NCBI GenBank assembly: GCA_002269645.1
Contig: NIVC01000045.1
Span: 372,001 to 436,000 of the forward strand
Reading direction: 5' to 3'
DNA length: 64,000 bases
DNA from: Macrostomum lignano
Lineage: Eukaryota
The notes under the pieces are model-generated. The model did not search any database. It was not told where the DNA came from and saw nothing but the letters and a program-made list of their open reading frames with translations. This document shows positions 43,480 to 54,619 of the stretch, in pieces (positions within the stretch are counted from its first letter, which is position 1; every line of letters begins with the position of its first letter). Position numbers and translations under genes: made by a program.

Positions 43480-45915
43480 TTAGGATCGGTACATCACTGG
43501 CAGCATTTTAAATAAGGAAATAGTTTATCTATTAGACACTGGCAGCAATAGAAATATTTTAGGGCGCGAAACCTGGAAGCATCTTTTCACTGGCAAGAAT
43601 AAGCATCTAATTAAACATTGGGACAATAGAATTGTTTCCTTTATGGAAGAGCCTATTTTAATGAAGGATTTCGTAGTTATTAAGGTAACATATGGCGATT
43701 TTGAAGAAGAAGTTGAGTTTCTCTTATGTGACGCAGATGTAGACAATGTAATAGGTGTGACGTTTGTCCAAAAATATTGTACTACTATTGACTTCGATGC
43801 AGGAATGCTAACCATGAAACAAGGAACTAGAATTCCGCTTCGATCAACCAGAGCTAAGCCTCAGGTTAGGAGAATTTGTGTCGCAGAAAAGACGACAGTT
43901 CCAGCCAATAGTTCAGGATTAGTCAAGGTCAGATTAGCAGCAGGTAGTGAAACTAATTTTGGAGTGCCATCAGTTGTTGAGCCACTCAGATTAGGATTAA
44001 AGACTAGAGCAGAGAAAGTAACCGTAGTGCCAAGTTTAGTAACTCTAAGACAAGAGAAAGCTTATTTAGAAGTAATTAACACCAGTTCACAGGAAGCTAG
44101 AGTACCAGCATCAGCATTAGTTGGGATGGCTAAACCGCTCTTAGCTAGCGAGTTAAACTATCTCAAGGAACAGCCAGTAGAAGAGCAGAATAGGAACACG
44201 CAGTCTTGCGGAAGCAGAGAAAAGATCAGTCATTAGTGAGATTAGTGAGATTAGTGACATTAACATAGGAACTGAACTGACTCAGGAACAGAGACAAAAG
44301 GTGATCGAGGTCGTCAAGGAACATTCAGCAGCTTTCTCGCAGCACGAGTTAGACTTAGGCAAAACGCATTTAGTCACTCATGAGATTATCTTGAAGGACA
44401 ACAACCCAGTTCAGATACCAGCTAGGAAGATTCCACCTCATTGGATCAAGGAGGTAGATGAACAGTTAGATCTCATGTTGGCTAGAGGCATCATTAGGCC
44501 TAGTTACTCGCAGTAATCGACTCCATTAGTCATAGTACCTAAGAAAGACGGTTCGCTGAGATAAGTTAACGACAATCGAGCACTAAACAATAAATAGGAG
44601 TACTTTCCGTATCCAATAACTAATATCAATGAAACATTTTCATGTCTCAATGGAGCCAGTCAATTTTCTACGTTAGATCTATTTTCGGGATATTATCAGA
44701 TAGCTCTTAGGGAAGAAGATAAGTGCAAGACTAGCTTTCCAAATTTACATCGAGGCTCGTTTGAGTACGAAGTGTTGCCAATGGGATTGCAAGGAGCCCC
44801 AGGAACTTTTCAAAAGTGCATGAACTTAGTTCTTAAGGACATTGCACAAAAGTTCGCCATAGCTTACTTAGATGACGTAATAGTTTATAGTACAGACTTT
44901 GAATCGCATTTAGAACACCTGAAAGAAGTGCTCAAGAGACTAATCCAAGCTAACACGAAACTAAAAGCTAAGAAATGTCACCTTTTCAAATCAGAGCTAC
45001 AATATCTAGGACACGTCATAGGCAAAACAGGAATTAAGAGAGATGCGTCGAAACTAGAAGCAATTAGAAACTGGCCGAAACCTAAATCTGTGACAAAGCT
45101 TCGATGTTTTCTCGGACTCTGTAATTACTATCGAAAATTTGTTAGAGATTTTGCCGAGGTAGCAGCACCACTCTGTGAGTTAACTAAGAAGAACATCAAG
45201 TGTATCCAGGACAAATGGACCAGGATTCATGATGAATGCTTCGATTTGTTGAAGGAACGGATGTGTTCCGAAGAAGTGCTTGCTTACCCAGAGTTTAATA
45301 CAGACTCCCAAGTTTATTTTGTGTTAGACACTGATGCATCAGATGTCAGAATTGGGGCAGTCTTAAATCAAGTTCAGAGCGACGGCATAGAAAGGCCGAT
45401 CGCGTATTATAGTCGGAAGATGAGGCAGTCAGAAACTAGATATCCGATTACGAGGAAGGAGCTTCTAGCGATTGTTGACGCGCTGAAGTACTTTAGATTT
45501 TATCTCGTGGGAAAACATTTTAAGGTGCGCACTGATCACATGCCCTAACCTGGTTGCTTCGCCAAACCGAACAGACAGGCATTTTAGGTCGTTGGATCGA
45601 AAGACTTTCCGAATTTGATTTTGAGATAGAACATAGAAGTGGCCCTAAACATGTGAATGCTGACGCTCTATCCAGGATCCCTGATCCTCAACCGGAAGAG
45701 ATGTCCCCACATGCCAGGTCGCTAAGCTGTAGGGCAACTGTGAATACAGACCCGGCATCAGCTTTTACTGTCAGCTCAGGCAATTCCGCGTTAGCTGAAA
45801 CCTGTAGCTCGAGCAGTGGAGTTCCGTCATGCTGTTCATCACGAGACACTGTCACGAACCAACACAATACTTCGATCTTTAGTAGCAGTAGGCTAGACAA
45901 TAGAGTAGAATGCAT
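43480..45915 (+). mobile_element. Gypsy pol, element 2 (protease, RT, RNase H; integrase missing)
   Basis: LLDTGS at ~43529-43546; LDLFSGYYQI, YLDDVIV, VLDTDASD, RTDH. Truncated at the Polinton boundary. Confidence 0.9.
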
Positions 45916-45944
45916 GAGGGGGCTTCTGGGACAAAATTTTTCAC

Positions 45945-46332
45945 GTCCTCCATAATCCCATTTAATCCATCGATATTATCCCCGACAGAATCAGAAAAAA
46001 GGGGGGTCGCACTTACTCCAAAAACTTCGAACATAATCCCATTAAATCCATCCATATTATCCCTGAAGGAATCAGAAAAAAGAGGGAGTCGCACTCGCTC
46101 ACAAAACGTCCTCCATAATCCCATTAAATCCATCCGTATTATCCCCGACAGAATCAGAGCATAACAGGTGTCCTATTTGTTCCGAAAACTTCGAACATAA
46201 TCCCATTATAATCCACTGACATCCACCCATAGCATATTCGAAACAATCAGAAAAGAATCTGCATTCTTCTCCCCACAATCAATTTGCAACGCGAAACCAA
46301 ATCCCTAAGACTTTAAATTATCAGCGCAGGGT
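45945..46332 (+). repeat. Left terminal inverted repeat with ~90-bp subrepeats
   Basis: 46146-46332 is the reverse complement of 62396-62551 apart from one gap. CATAATCCCATTAAATCCATCC units are repeated. Confidence 0.75.
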
Positions 46333-46367
46333 CCTTACCCTTTGAAAAAATTAAATTCCTAATAAAA

Positions 46368-46610
46368 ATGTTTCCAATTGTCTCTCCAGGTTCCTATTAT
46401 ACTCAGCCTCATCCATTGTACAAATCCAAGTACCAATGCAAACTAGAATGCAGCGAGTACATGAGAAAATATTGGCCCGGTGTTGATATCAATGTCCCTA
46501 ATATTAATCTAGCTCTCCAAAGACACTGGTTTCATAAGTATGGAGTAACCTATGTAAAAGATTACGACAGCTACTATAACTTTGCAGAAATCATTAAGCA
46601 ATTGCGTTAA
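46368..46610 (+). CDS. Polinton hypothetical 80-aa protein
   Basis: Clean ATG-to-stop ORF just inside the TIR; Tyr-rich, no recognised motif. Confidence 0.35.
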   Translation: MFPIVSPGSYYTQPHPLYKSKYQCKLECSEYMRKYWPGVDINVPNINLALQRHWFHKYGVTYVKDYDSYYNFAEIIKQLR

Positions 46611-46840
46611 AAATCTCAAACCGAAACTCAGTAGTTGTCAGTAGTGGCAATACTTACTTACAACCACTCATCTAAGGGGGATAACATCAGTCTACCACCC
46701 CTCCCCTCCCTAGGACAGCAAAAAAATCAGCATAATCTAAGGGTGAAAAGTAGCGGTATTCTCACTTAAGTTACAGGACTTATAATTAATAGTATGCGGC
46801 CAAAAAACTGATAAAAAAACAACTGATTTTCATCGGTTGA

Positions 46841-46996
46841 ATTCTGGCCTTCACTCGAGGCCAAAATCGTTTGCATTCTGGCCTTCACTAGAGGCCAAAA
46901 TCGTTTGCATTCTGGCCTTCACTCGAGGCCAAAATCGTTTGCATTCTGGCCTTGCGCGAGGCCGAAATCCTTTGCATTCTGGCCTTCCCTCGAGAT
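46841..46996. repeat. 34-bp tandem repeat with an internal palindrome (~4.5 copies)
   Basis: ATTCTGGCCTTCACTCGAGGCCAAAATCGTTTGC; GGCCT...AGGCC stem in each unit. Confidence 0.9.
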
Positions 46997-47209
46997 GGAA
47001 TTCTTCCCCGGCTGGGCTCAGTTAAAGTGAAAATCTCTCTCCCCCCACGCGCGCTGCACCCACACACATACACTCCCCTCTCTCCCACGCACGCGACGCC
47101 CGCGCCCACAACCTCTGAGAATGGGGTAAGAGATTTTGAGTACACATGCGCGCATTTTTTCATACCACTCTATTCTCGGTAAGCATACTTAAAAGGGGAA
47201 CGCATTTTC

Positions 47210-47990
47210 TCACATTCTTTCAATGATCAACGTCAATACAAATTCTTCACCGTTGAAATCAACACCCAACCGATCTTCAGTCTCAAACTGTAGCACAATC
47301 TCGTGAATCTCCTTATTACTCAATACAACTCTTTTCACTGGATTTGGTTTCTCTACCAGCATCTGTCCTCCAGCAACAGAGTTGGAGATGTTGTACAAAA
47401 TATTCGTTCGCTTTCCCTTAAATACCCAATCAAGACTGAGATTACTTCTGATTAGAATATTCAAACCCTTTACAATGTCTGCAATATTGGGTGCTAAGAA
47501 CAAACCGCTTACATTTTCCCGGGCCATGCTAACGGCCCCTGACGCTTGAGTGGTGGTCCGCGCTGTGGATTCTGCCTTATAAACTTTCTTTACGAATCCC
47601 AATTCCCTATACCAAGTGTCATCTTTAAACTCAACCTCCGCATCTTTGTGAACTTGCATGACCACTCTCATTACAGTGAGATCATAGGCTAGTTTGACAG
47701 GGAAGTTTTTTCTCTGGCTTACTCATATCAGGTGTCTCAAAATGGCCTCTTTTAGTAAAGACGTTTTCTAGAAAGTAATTGTAGGTATCCACACTTTGCG
47801 TGCTCACAGGGAATACCACAGGTTCTGCTGCTGCACCTTTCCATTTGTAATAAAACTTATTATTTGCTGCCGTCACATTGGGAACGTTTGACCAACCAGT
47901 GAAGTCGTTAAGATAGACATGGTAATTAGCACCTGGATCCAGGCTAATCGCCTGCTCTAATTTTTTTAACAAATATCCCGTTTGAGTCAT
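47210..47990 (-). pseudogene. Polinton minor capsid (penton) protein, frameshifted
   Basis: LDPGANYHVYL...PNVTAANNKFYY at the N-terminus and GQMLVEKP...LGVDFNGEEFVLTLII at the C-terminus. Confidence 0.7.
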
Positions 47991-48083
47991 TAATTCGCCC
48001 AGTTATTGTAACAGGAATGCTCTCCTTAGAGTGAGAAACAATATTATTTAGCAATCGCTTCCATTTTTTCACCCACAAAAAAT

Positions 48084-48350
48084 TTAAACTTTACTGGATG
48101 AATTGTTGATCATGTTAAGCTTCACCTTCCTCTCAAATTCATAGATAATGTACAAGTCCACGGGTGTTGCGGTTGTCCTCTCAATGTTAGTCTCGATATT
48201 CACAGGGCTGTTATCAGTAGGCATTTGTCTGGCAGACACATCAGCGCCAAACATCGGATATAGAGTTCCATATTGAAGAGCAGTGATAGCAATTCCATTG
48301 TTCTCTTTCACAGCCAAGTCGACCAAATCGTTGTAAAATTTACAACTTCT
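48084..48350 (-). pseudogene. C-terminal fragment of the Polinton major capsid protein
   Basis: LYPMFGADVS...PVNIE...LYIIYEFER pattern, directly upstream of the minor capsid gene. The rest of the gene is replaced by a minisatellite. Confidence 0.55.
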
Positions 48351-48351
48351 A

Positions 48352-49305
48352 TGAAAAATCATAGAAGCGTCATGTAAAAATCATAGTAGCGTCATGTAAA
48401 AAATCATAGAAGCGTCGTATAAACAATCATAGAAGCGTCATGTAAAAAATCATTGAAGCGTCATTTACAAATCATAGAAGCGTTATTTAAAAAAATCATA
48501 AAAGCGTCATGTAAACAATCATAGAAGTGTCATGTAAACAATCATAGAAGCGTCATGTAAACAATCATAGAAGCGTCATATAAAAATCATAGAAGCGTCA
48601 TGAAAAAAATCATAAAAGCGTCATGTAAAAAGCATAGAAGCGTCATGTAAACAATCATAGAAGCGTCATGTAAAAAAATCATAAAAGCGTTATGTAAAAA
48701 GCATAGAAGCGTCATATAAACAATCATTGAAGCGTCATATAAAAAAAATCATAGAAGCGTCATGTAAACAATCAAAGAAGCGTCATGTAAAAATCATAAA
48801 AGCGTCGTATAAACAATCATAGAAGCGTCATATAAACAATCATAGAAGCTTCATGTAAACAATCATAGAAGCGTCATGTACACAATCATAGAAGCGTCAT
48901 ATAAACAATCATAGAAGCGTCATATAAAAAAATCATAGAAGCGTCATGTAAAAATCATAGAAGTATCATGTAAAAATCATTGAAGCGTCCTGCAGAAATC
49001 GTAGAAGCGTCATGAAATAATCATAGAAGCGTCATGTAAAAAATCATAAAAGCGTCATGCAAAAAGCATAGAGCGTCATGTAAACAATCATAGAAGCGTC
49101 ATGTAAACAATCATGGAAGCGTTATGTAAAAAATCATAGAAGCGTCATGTAAAAAGCATAGAAGCGTCATATAAACAATCATAGAAGCGTCATATAAAAA
49201 ATCATAGAAGAATCATGTAAAAATCATAGAAGCGTCATGAAAAAATCATAGGAGCCTCATTTAAAAACTAATGAAAGTGTCATTTAAAAAATCAAGAAGC
49301 ATCAT
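48352..49305. repeat. 21-23-bp minisatellite, about 40 copies
   Basis: AATCATAGAAGCGTCATGTAAA(A/C) in tandem. Confidence 0.95.
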
Positions 49306-50251
49306 GGTAGGATAAAAGAAGCGACATGTCAGACATGAAGTGTGTCATGTAAAAATTAAATGCAGCTATAATGCTGTGCTGGGGAGAAAAACTGAGACGT
49401 AAAGGCTCTCAGAGAATAACTGAGATTACGGGGGGGGTTCTGAGATGTCAAAGCAAAAGTCAGAAGCTGAGATTACGGGGGGGAGGTTCTGAGATGTCAA
49501 AGCAAGTCAGAAGCTACTTCAAAGTTCATGTACTTTACTCAATTTTTTATTGCATTATTTGTTGGCTCGCCACGGGGGGCGCTGATAGAAGAAGAGTCAT
49601 GTAAAAATAAAAGTAGCACTATGTATACATAAAATAAAAGTCATGTCAAAGTTAAAAGATTCATTTATGAATTGCAACGATGTCAAAGCTTGGTGGAAAT
49701 CGTTATAGTGCTGTGATTCTTAAAGAAGGAATCACTAAAATGTCAAGGCTTAGGGGAGAAGAATTGCTGAGATTTCAAGGCTTTAGGTTGGGTTAAAGTT
49801 AGGTTTAGGTCAGGTGTGGGTTGAGGGTTATATTTTATCGGGTTTCAAGGTTAACAGGGGATTTTTTAGATTTCAAGGTTTATGGGGGCCATCGCTGACA
49901 TGTCAAGGCTTACGGGGGGAATAGCTGAGATCTCAAGGCTCACGGGGGTATAAATGAGATTTCAAGGCTAAAGTCAGAAGCTACATGTAGTTTATTGAAA
50001 ACTTTTTATTACATTATTTGATATGTAACATTATTTGACAATGTTTTTATTACATTATTTGATGCCTCCTCAGGGGAGGGATCGCGGATAAAAAAAGCGT
50101 AATGTAAAAAATAAAAGAAGCTCCATGTCGAAGTTAAGAGATTTTTTAAGAAATTTGGGAATCCCTACGATGTCGAGGCTTGCAGGGAATCGCTATAATG
50201 CTGTAGTAGTGCTATAATTACTCTTAGAGAGAATTACTGAAATTTCAATGC

Positions 50252-50374
50252 TTTAGGGTTGGGTTAGGGTTGGGTTAGGGTTAGGGTTAGGGTTAGGGTT
50301 GGGGTTAGGGTCAGGGTTAGGGTTAGGGTTAGGCTATAGGGTTAGGGTTAGGGTTAGGCTAGCGTTAGGGTTAG
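50252..50374 (+). repeat. Interstitial (TTAGGG)n telomeric-type tract
   Basis: About 20 perfect or degenerate TTAGGG units; a more degenerate tract lies at ~49780-49830. Confidence 0.9.
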
Positions 50375-50599
50375 AAGGCTGACAGATATTTTTATATTTC
50401 CAAGGCTTATTGGGGGCATTGCTGAGATGTCAAGGGGGGAAGTTGATATGTTAAAGCTTGTGGGGGGGATTACTGACATGTCAAGGCTTACAAGATTTGA
50501 CAGGAGATTTTTTAAGATTTCAAGGATACATGTAGCTTATTAAAAAAACGTGCATTGCATTTCTTTGGCTCCCCAACGGGGGGCGTAGATTGCTAGTAC

Positions 50600-51409
50600 A
50601 TGACTAAAAATCTAGAGAAAACGTCTGAAAAGCTGCTCAAAAATTACAAAGATCTTGTTACCTTTGCTCTCGATAGGGACGTAGATATGCTCAAGAACAA
50701 CGGTGTTTTGAAAATTTTACATGAAAACGGGATTGTCTTGAACAGGTTTAGAAAATACAAATACTTTAAACAATGGTTTGGTTTGCCGGATCAAGAAGAG
50801 GTCATAAGACAACAACCAAAACCACAACAACAACCACAGCAGCAACCACAACAACAGCAACAACAACCACAACCACAGCAACAACATTTTACAGAAGTAC
50901 TCAGGCAACTGGAAAATGCAGATCCGGCTCAAGTAGCTAAATATAAAAATGATCACCCAGATGCCTGGCAACAACTAGAAAATATCTCCCCAGATCGAAT
51001 GAATAGAATCAATCAAAGAGTTTTCACACCTCAACAAAGACAGGCACCACATGACAGTTCCATCTCTGAAAGTGAGCAGTCTTTTGCATCACCTCCCCAG
51101 CAGCTACAAGCCCAACCAACTCCACAACCCCAAGACCAACCGCCCTCAACTGGAAAAGGAATTTCTGAAATCTACAAGCGAGTAGCGGTTCTTCTAGGAG
51201 CGGCAAAGACTGGAATGAAAGACGAGAATAGAAAAGAATTTGTCAACATCCTGGACAAAATGCTTAAGAGAAAATACATCGATAAGAGGGCGAGAGAGCT
51301 TCTGCTTTCGCGGTTCAACAAAAAACAATTTATTTCAAGTAAAAAATGCCACTTATTTTCGAAAAAGACATTGACAAATACTATGACAAAGAGGAACTTA
51401 ATCTCATGA
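50600..51409 (+). CDS. Polinton hypothetical protein, Gln/Pro-rich
   Basis: 269-aa ORF whose C-terminus LAVLLGAAKTG...EFVNILDKMLKRKYID resembles small Polinton proteins. Confidence 0.5.
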   Translation: MTKNLEKTSEKLLKNYKDLVTFALDRDVDMLKNNGVLKILHENGIVLNRFRKYKYFKQWFGLPDQEEVIRQQPKPQQQPQQQPQQQQQQPQPQQQHFTEVLRQLENADPAQVAKYKNDHPDAWQQLENISPDRMNRINQRVFTPQQRQAPHDSSISESEQSFASPPQQLQAQPTPQPQDQPPSTGKGISEIYKRVAVLLGAAKTGMKDENRKEFVNILDKMLKRKYIDKRARELLLSRFNKKQFISSKKCHLFSKKTLTNTMTKRNLIS

Positions 51410-51735
51410 AACGCGGATCTGGACTTTTCCCTGCAGGCCACTATCCAAGAAAAGAACGCTCTGGGAATGGCCTTGCCGATTTGATCGCTCAGGGGGCCAA
51501 GATTTTTAAGGCCATTGGAGAGAACAAAGAGAACATCAAGAACGTTGCCGAAGCGGCTGGCAGTGTAGCCACAGCAGCCAAAAAAATAAAGGATACTGTA
51601 ACACCTAAACAAGAGATTCAACCTGCACTGGCCCCGCTGGCTTCGCTGGCCTCAAATCCAGACAGTGTGGACCTTGCAGTCTATGAGAAGATGAGAGCTA
51701 GCATTAAAAAAGGAAGTGGTTTTAAATTTGACTAA
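51406..51735 (+). CDS. Putative Polinton virion core protein with GSG motifs
   Basis: MKRGSGLFP...RSGNGLADL...KKGSGFKFD; Gly motifs of the kind cleaved by adenain-type proteases (inference). Confidence 0.45.
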   Translation: MKRGSGLFPAGHYPRKERSGNGLADLIAQGAKIFKAIGENKENIKNVAEAAGSVATAAKKIKDTVTPKQEIQPALAPLASLASNPDSVDLAVYEKMRASIKKGSGFKFD

Positions 51736-51905
51736 AGGTACCGGTACTTTCCGAGGGTAGAAGAAATGTAAAGGTACAAGACTAGTCCCAAAATGACACA
51801 TCCAAGTCCCAAAATGACACATCTAAGTCCCAAAATGACACATCCAAGTCCCAAAACGACACATCTAAATGATTTATTATTTAAAAAAATTTTTTATCAT
51901 AAAAA

Positions 51906-52706
51906 ATGGACTTTTCAAACGACTTCAATCCTCACTGGACGCGTAATCAGATTAAGTTTTCTCATCATGAGTCAATCCCGAGTCACTTCAGATGCATTGT
52001 TGTTGGTTCATCAGGTTCAGGTAAAACATTCAAAGTCTTTAACATGCTTCTTAGACCTGGCTTTATCGACTATGACACTCTGCACATCTACTCTCCCACA
52101 CTGTATCAAGATGAGTATAAAATGCTGATTTCTGGATTGCAAAACAAACTGCATAAAGTGGACATTATTGCATGTTTTAATAACCAACAAAACCTTCCCA
52201 GTAACCCAGAAATTGTAGCTGCTGAATATGCAAAGCACCTCAAAGACAATGAAAAATGGCAGAACATTAAGGTGTTCACCTATGGAGATCCACAGGCTGA
52301 TCCAAAGACCAAACTTCTACCCCAACCAGATGAGGTAGAAAAGGGGAGAAAACATTTGATCGTCTTTGATGATTGTATGACAGGCCCACAGAAGCAGATA
52401 GAAAACTATTTTACAAGAGGACGACATAACAATTGTAATGTAATTTACATTGCACATAATTGGTTCGAGCTCCCAAACAAAACAATTCGTGGGAACTGCA
52501 ATCTGATTCTCCTGTTTCCAACCATTCCACAGGACAGGTTAAAAAGATTTTAGAATGAGGTCATTGCGCCTGCCTATTTTATAAATCCAACAAAAAACTC
52601 AAACAGAAAGATTTCACAGGAGGAATTCGTTAATCTTTGCTATGACAAGTGGAATCAACCTTACCAGTTTGTGATTATCAGCAAAGAAAAAAGAACTGTA
52701 ATTTAA
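51906..52706 (+). pseudogene. A32-like DNA packaging ATPase
   Basis: Walker A VVGSSGSGKT, Walker B LIVFDD, TRGRH, and IRGNC. In-frame TAG at 52551-52553. Confidence 0.9.
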
Positions 52707-52722
52707 AATTTGCTATTAAAAG

Positions 52723-53229
52723 ATGTCTATCAGTTTTGCAGGTGAATCCATTTCTGGCAACAACGCTCTTACATCAGCTCAAATATCCATCCTAGACAGG
52801 CGATATATCAACAGCGACGAAGAGATCCCAGAGATCAAACTGAATAAAAACAGACTGAAACCATTAGAGCGCTCCATGCACCAGCTACAGATAAACATAG
52901 AAGATCTCCGCATAAAAGTAGCCAGGCAGAAGTTTGAAAGTGATAAGCTTTATGTACAGGTTGTACATACAACTAATGAACTTAGGTCAGAAATAACTTC
53001 GGCGGTCTCGCAAATCTACGGGTTGACATCGAAAATTAATCTTCTGAGAAACTCCATTGATAGGCGGATGCGCATTCTTGAAGAAGGAGTTTTCACAAAC
53101 ACAGTTAAAGTGAGGAATTTAGAAGAGTTCATGACTCAGTCAACAGCGTTGCATGATCAAATCAAAGTAAGAATTACTGCAAATAAAGTCTTTGTAGACT
53201 TAATTTTACCGAATGGCAGAAATCGGTGA
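52723..53229 (+). CDS. Polinton hypothetical coiled-coil protein
   Basis: 168-aa ORF with heptad-like leucine periodicity. Confidence 0.4.
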   Translation: MSISFAGESISGNNALTSAQISILDRRYINSDEEIPEIKLNKNRLKPLERSMHQLQINIEDLRIKVARQKFESDKLYVQVVHTTNELRSEITSAVSQIYGLTSKINLLRNSIDRRMRILEEGVFTNTVKVRNLEEFMTQSTALHDQIKVRITANKVFVDLILPNGRNR

Positions 53230-53477
53230 GAAGAATCGGTCGTCTTGAGCGCTTGCATAATCTCAAAAACATTGACGCTGAAGAGGCACCACAGACCACA
53301 AGGGAAACAAGTGATCCAACCGACTTGTTTGAGATCAGACGTAGAATGGAGCTCACAGACAATGAATAGGCAGATTCGAATAAACCCGTTGCCGTCACTG
53401 CAGACAAAGCAACCAAACGTAAAACAAATCTAACCACCACCAACTAGTTGTCGATTTTTTTTAAAAATTTCCTAAAA

Positions 53478-54154
53478 ATGGATGCTCAAAATTCTCTTTA
53501 TGATCCGAACGCTCCCACAACACCCACAGCTCGCACAGCACCTAGTGCACCCCAATATGAGCAGCAAAAACTCTACCCCGTCATCACATGTAACTCTCAG
53601 CAGTTTAGACTGGTGGAGATTCAAAAAATGCGCGATGATCTTGAAAAAATACTTTCCACAACACAAAGAAAATTAAGCGCTATAATAGCCACTGTAATTT
53701 TTTCGACTACAGCAATATGATTCTAGGATCTGTGTCTGTTCTAACTGGGTCTGCTGCAGCTGTCTCAGTGTTGCCAGCCATCACAGTCCCAATCGCAATT
53801 CCACTTGGTTCAGTAGGTGCTGCATGTGGACTTATTTCAGCAATTACTGGAGCAGTAGCGCGAAACAGGCGAAAAAAACTAAAGCAGCTACAGGAGAAGC
53901 AAGTAAAAGAGAAAGGGGTGCACACTTCAATCATAGGGTACATTTCAAGGGCAATCGAGGATAAGTCCATTTCAGAGGATGAGTTCAAAACCATTCAGGA
54001 TCTTTATGAACAATCAATTCGAATGAATTTGAACATGGTCGGTACTGATGACATGAGTCAGCTGAGAAATGAACTCGATAACTTTCTTCAACATTATGTG
54101 GAAAGAAAGTCGGCAAGAAATTCGGCAAGAAGGACGACGAGAAATGCACAATGA
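53478..54154 (+). pseudogene. Conserved Polinton hydrophobic (membrane-associated) protein, frameshifted
   Basis: QQFRLVEIQKMR..., a long hydrophobic hairpin GSAAAVSVLPAITVPIAIPLG..., then ISRAIEDKSISEDEF. Confidence 0.6.
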
Positions 54155-54158
54155 ACCC

Positions 54159-54560
54159 CTATGAAACACAACCAAGAATAATTTCCTTGTAGGTCTTTCG
54201 TGTTTTGGTCATTGCATACAAAACAGTCATGCACAGCTCACCGCAAATATCACTGCTAAGACCTTGGAGAATAAAGTCGGAGTGATAAATTTTTTTATTA
54301 TTTTTTCCCTTCATATAATTTCTTAGCTCTTCTGGTACTGCCGTCCCATAGCTATCGAAGTAATAACACTTGTGCTTGCGATCGGGATCAATCACCCAGC
54401 AAACCCAATGAGATCCTGGCTTATCGGTGGTGTCAAAGTTCATGATGCCGCATTCTTTTCATAGAGGAAAATCAGGCAGAGTGTCCCTCATAAATATTCC
54501 TCTAAAGTTTGGGATTTCCAGTTCGTTAGCCAAATCTTCGAGAAAGTTATTTGTCGTCAT
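54159..54560 (-). pseudogene. Adenain-like cysteine protease
   Basis: FRGIFMRDTLP...GSHWVC...YFDSYG...LQGLSSDICGELC. In-frame TGA at 54459-54461. Confidence 0.88.
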
Positions 54561-54619
54561 TTTTTATGAGGTTTATTAAACTTTCTCTTAAACCTAAACC
54601 CAATATCCACCTCCTAAAC

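Noticed and set aside
48352-49305. CRISPR-like regular repeats
   Set aside because: Contiguous tandem units with no unique spacers and no cas genes, in a eukaryotic context.
50252-50374. True chromosome end
   Set aside because: The tract is short, degenerate and flanked by Polinton sequence on both sides.
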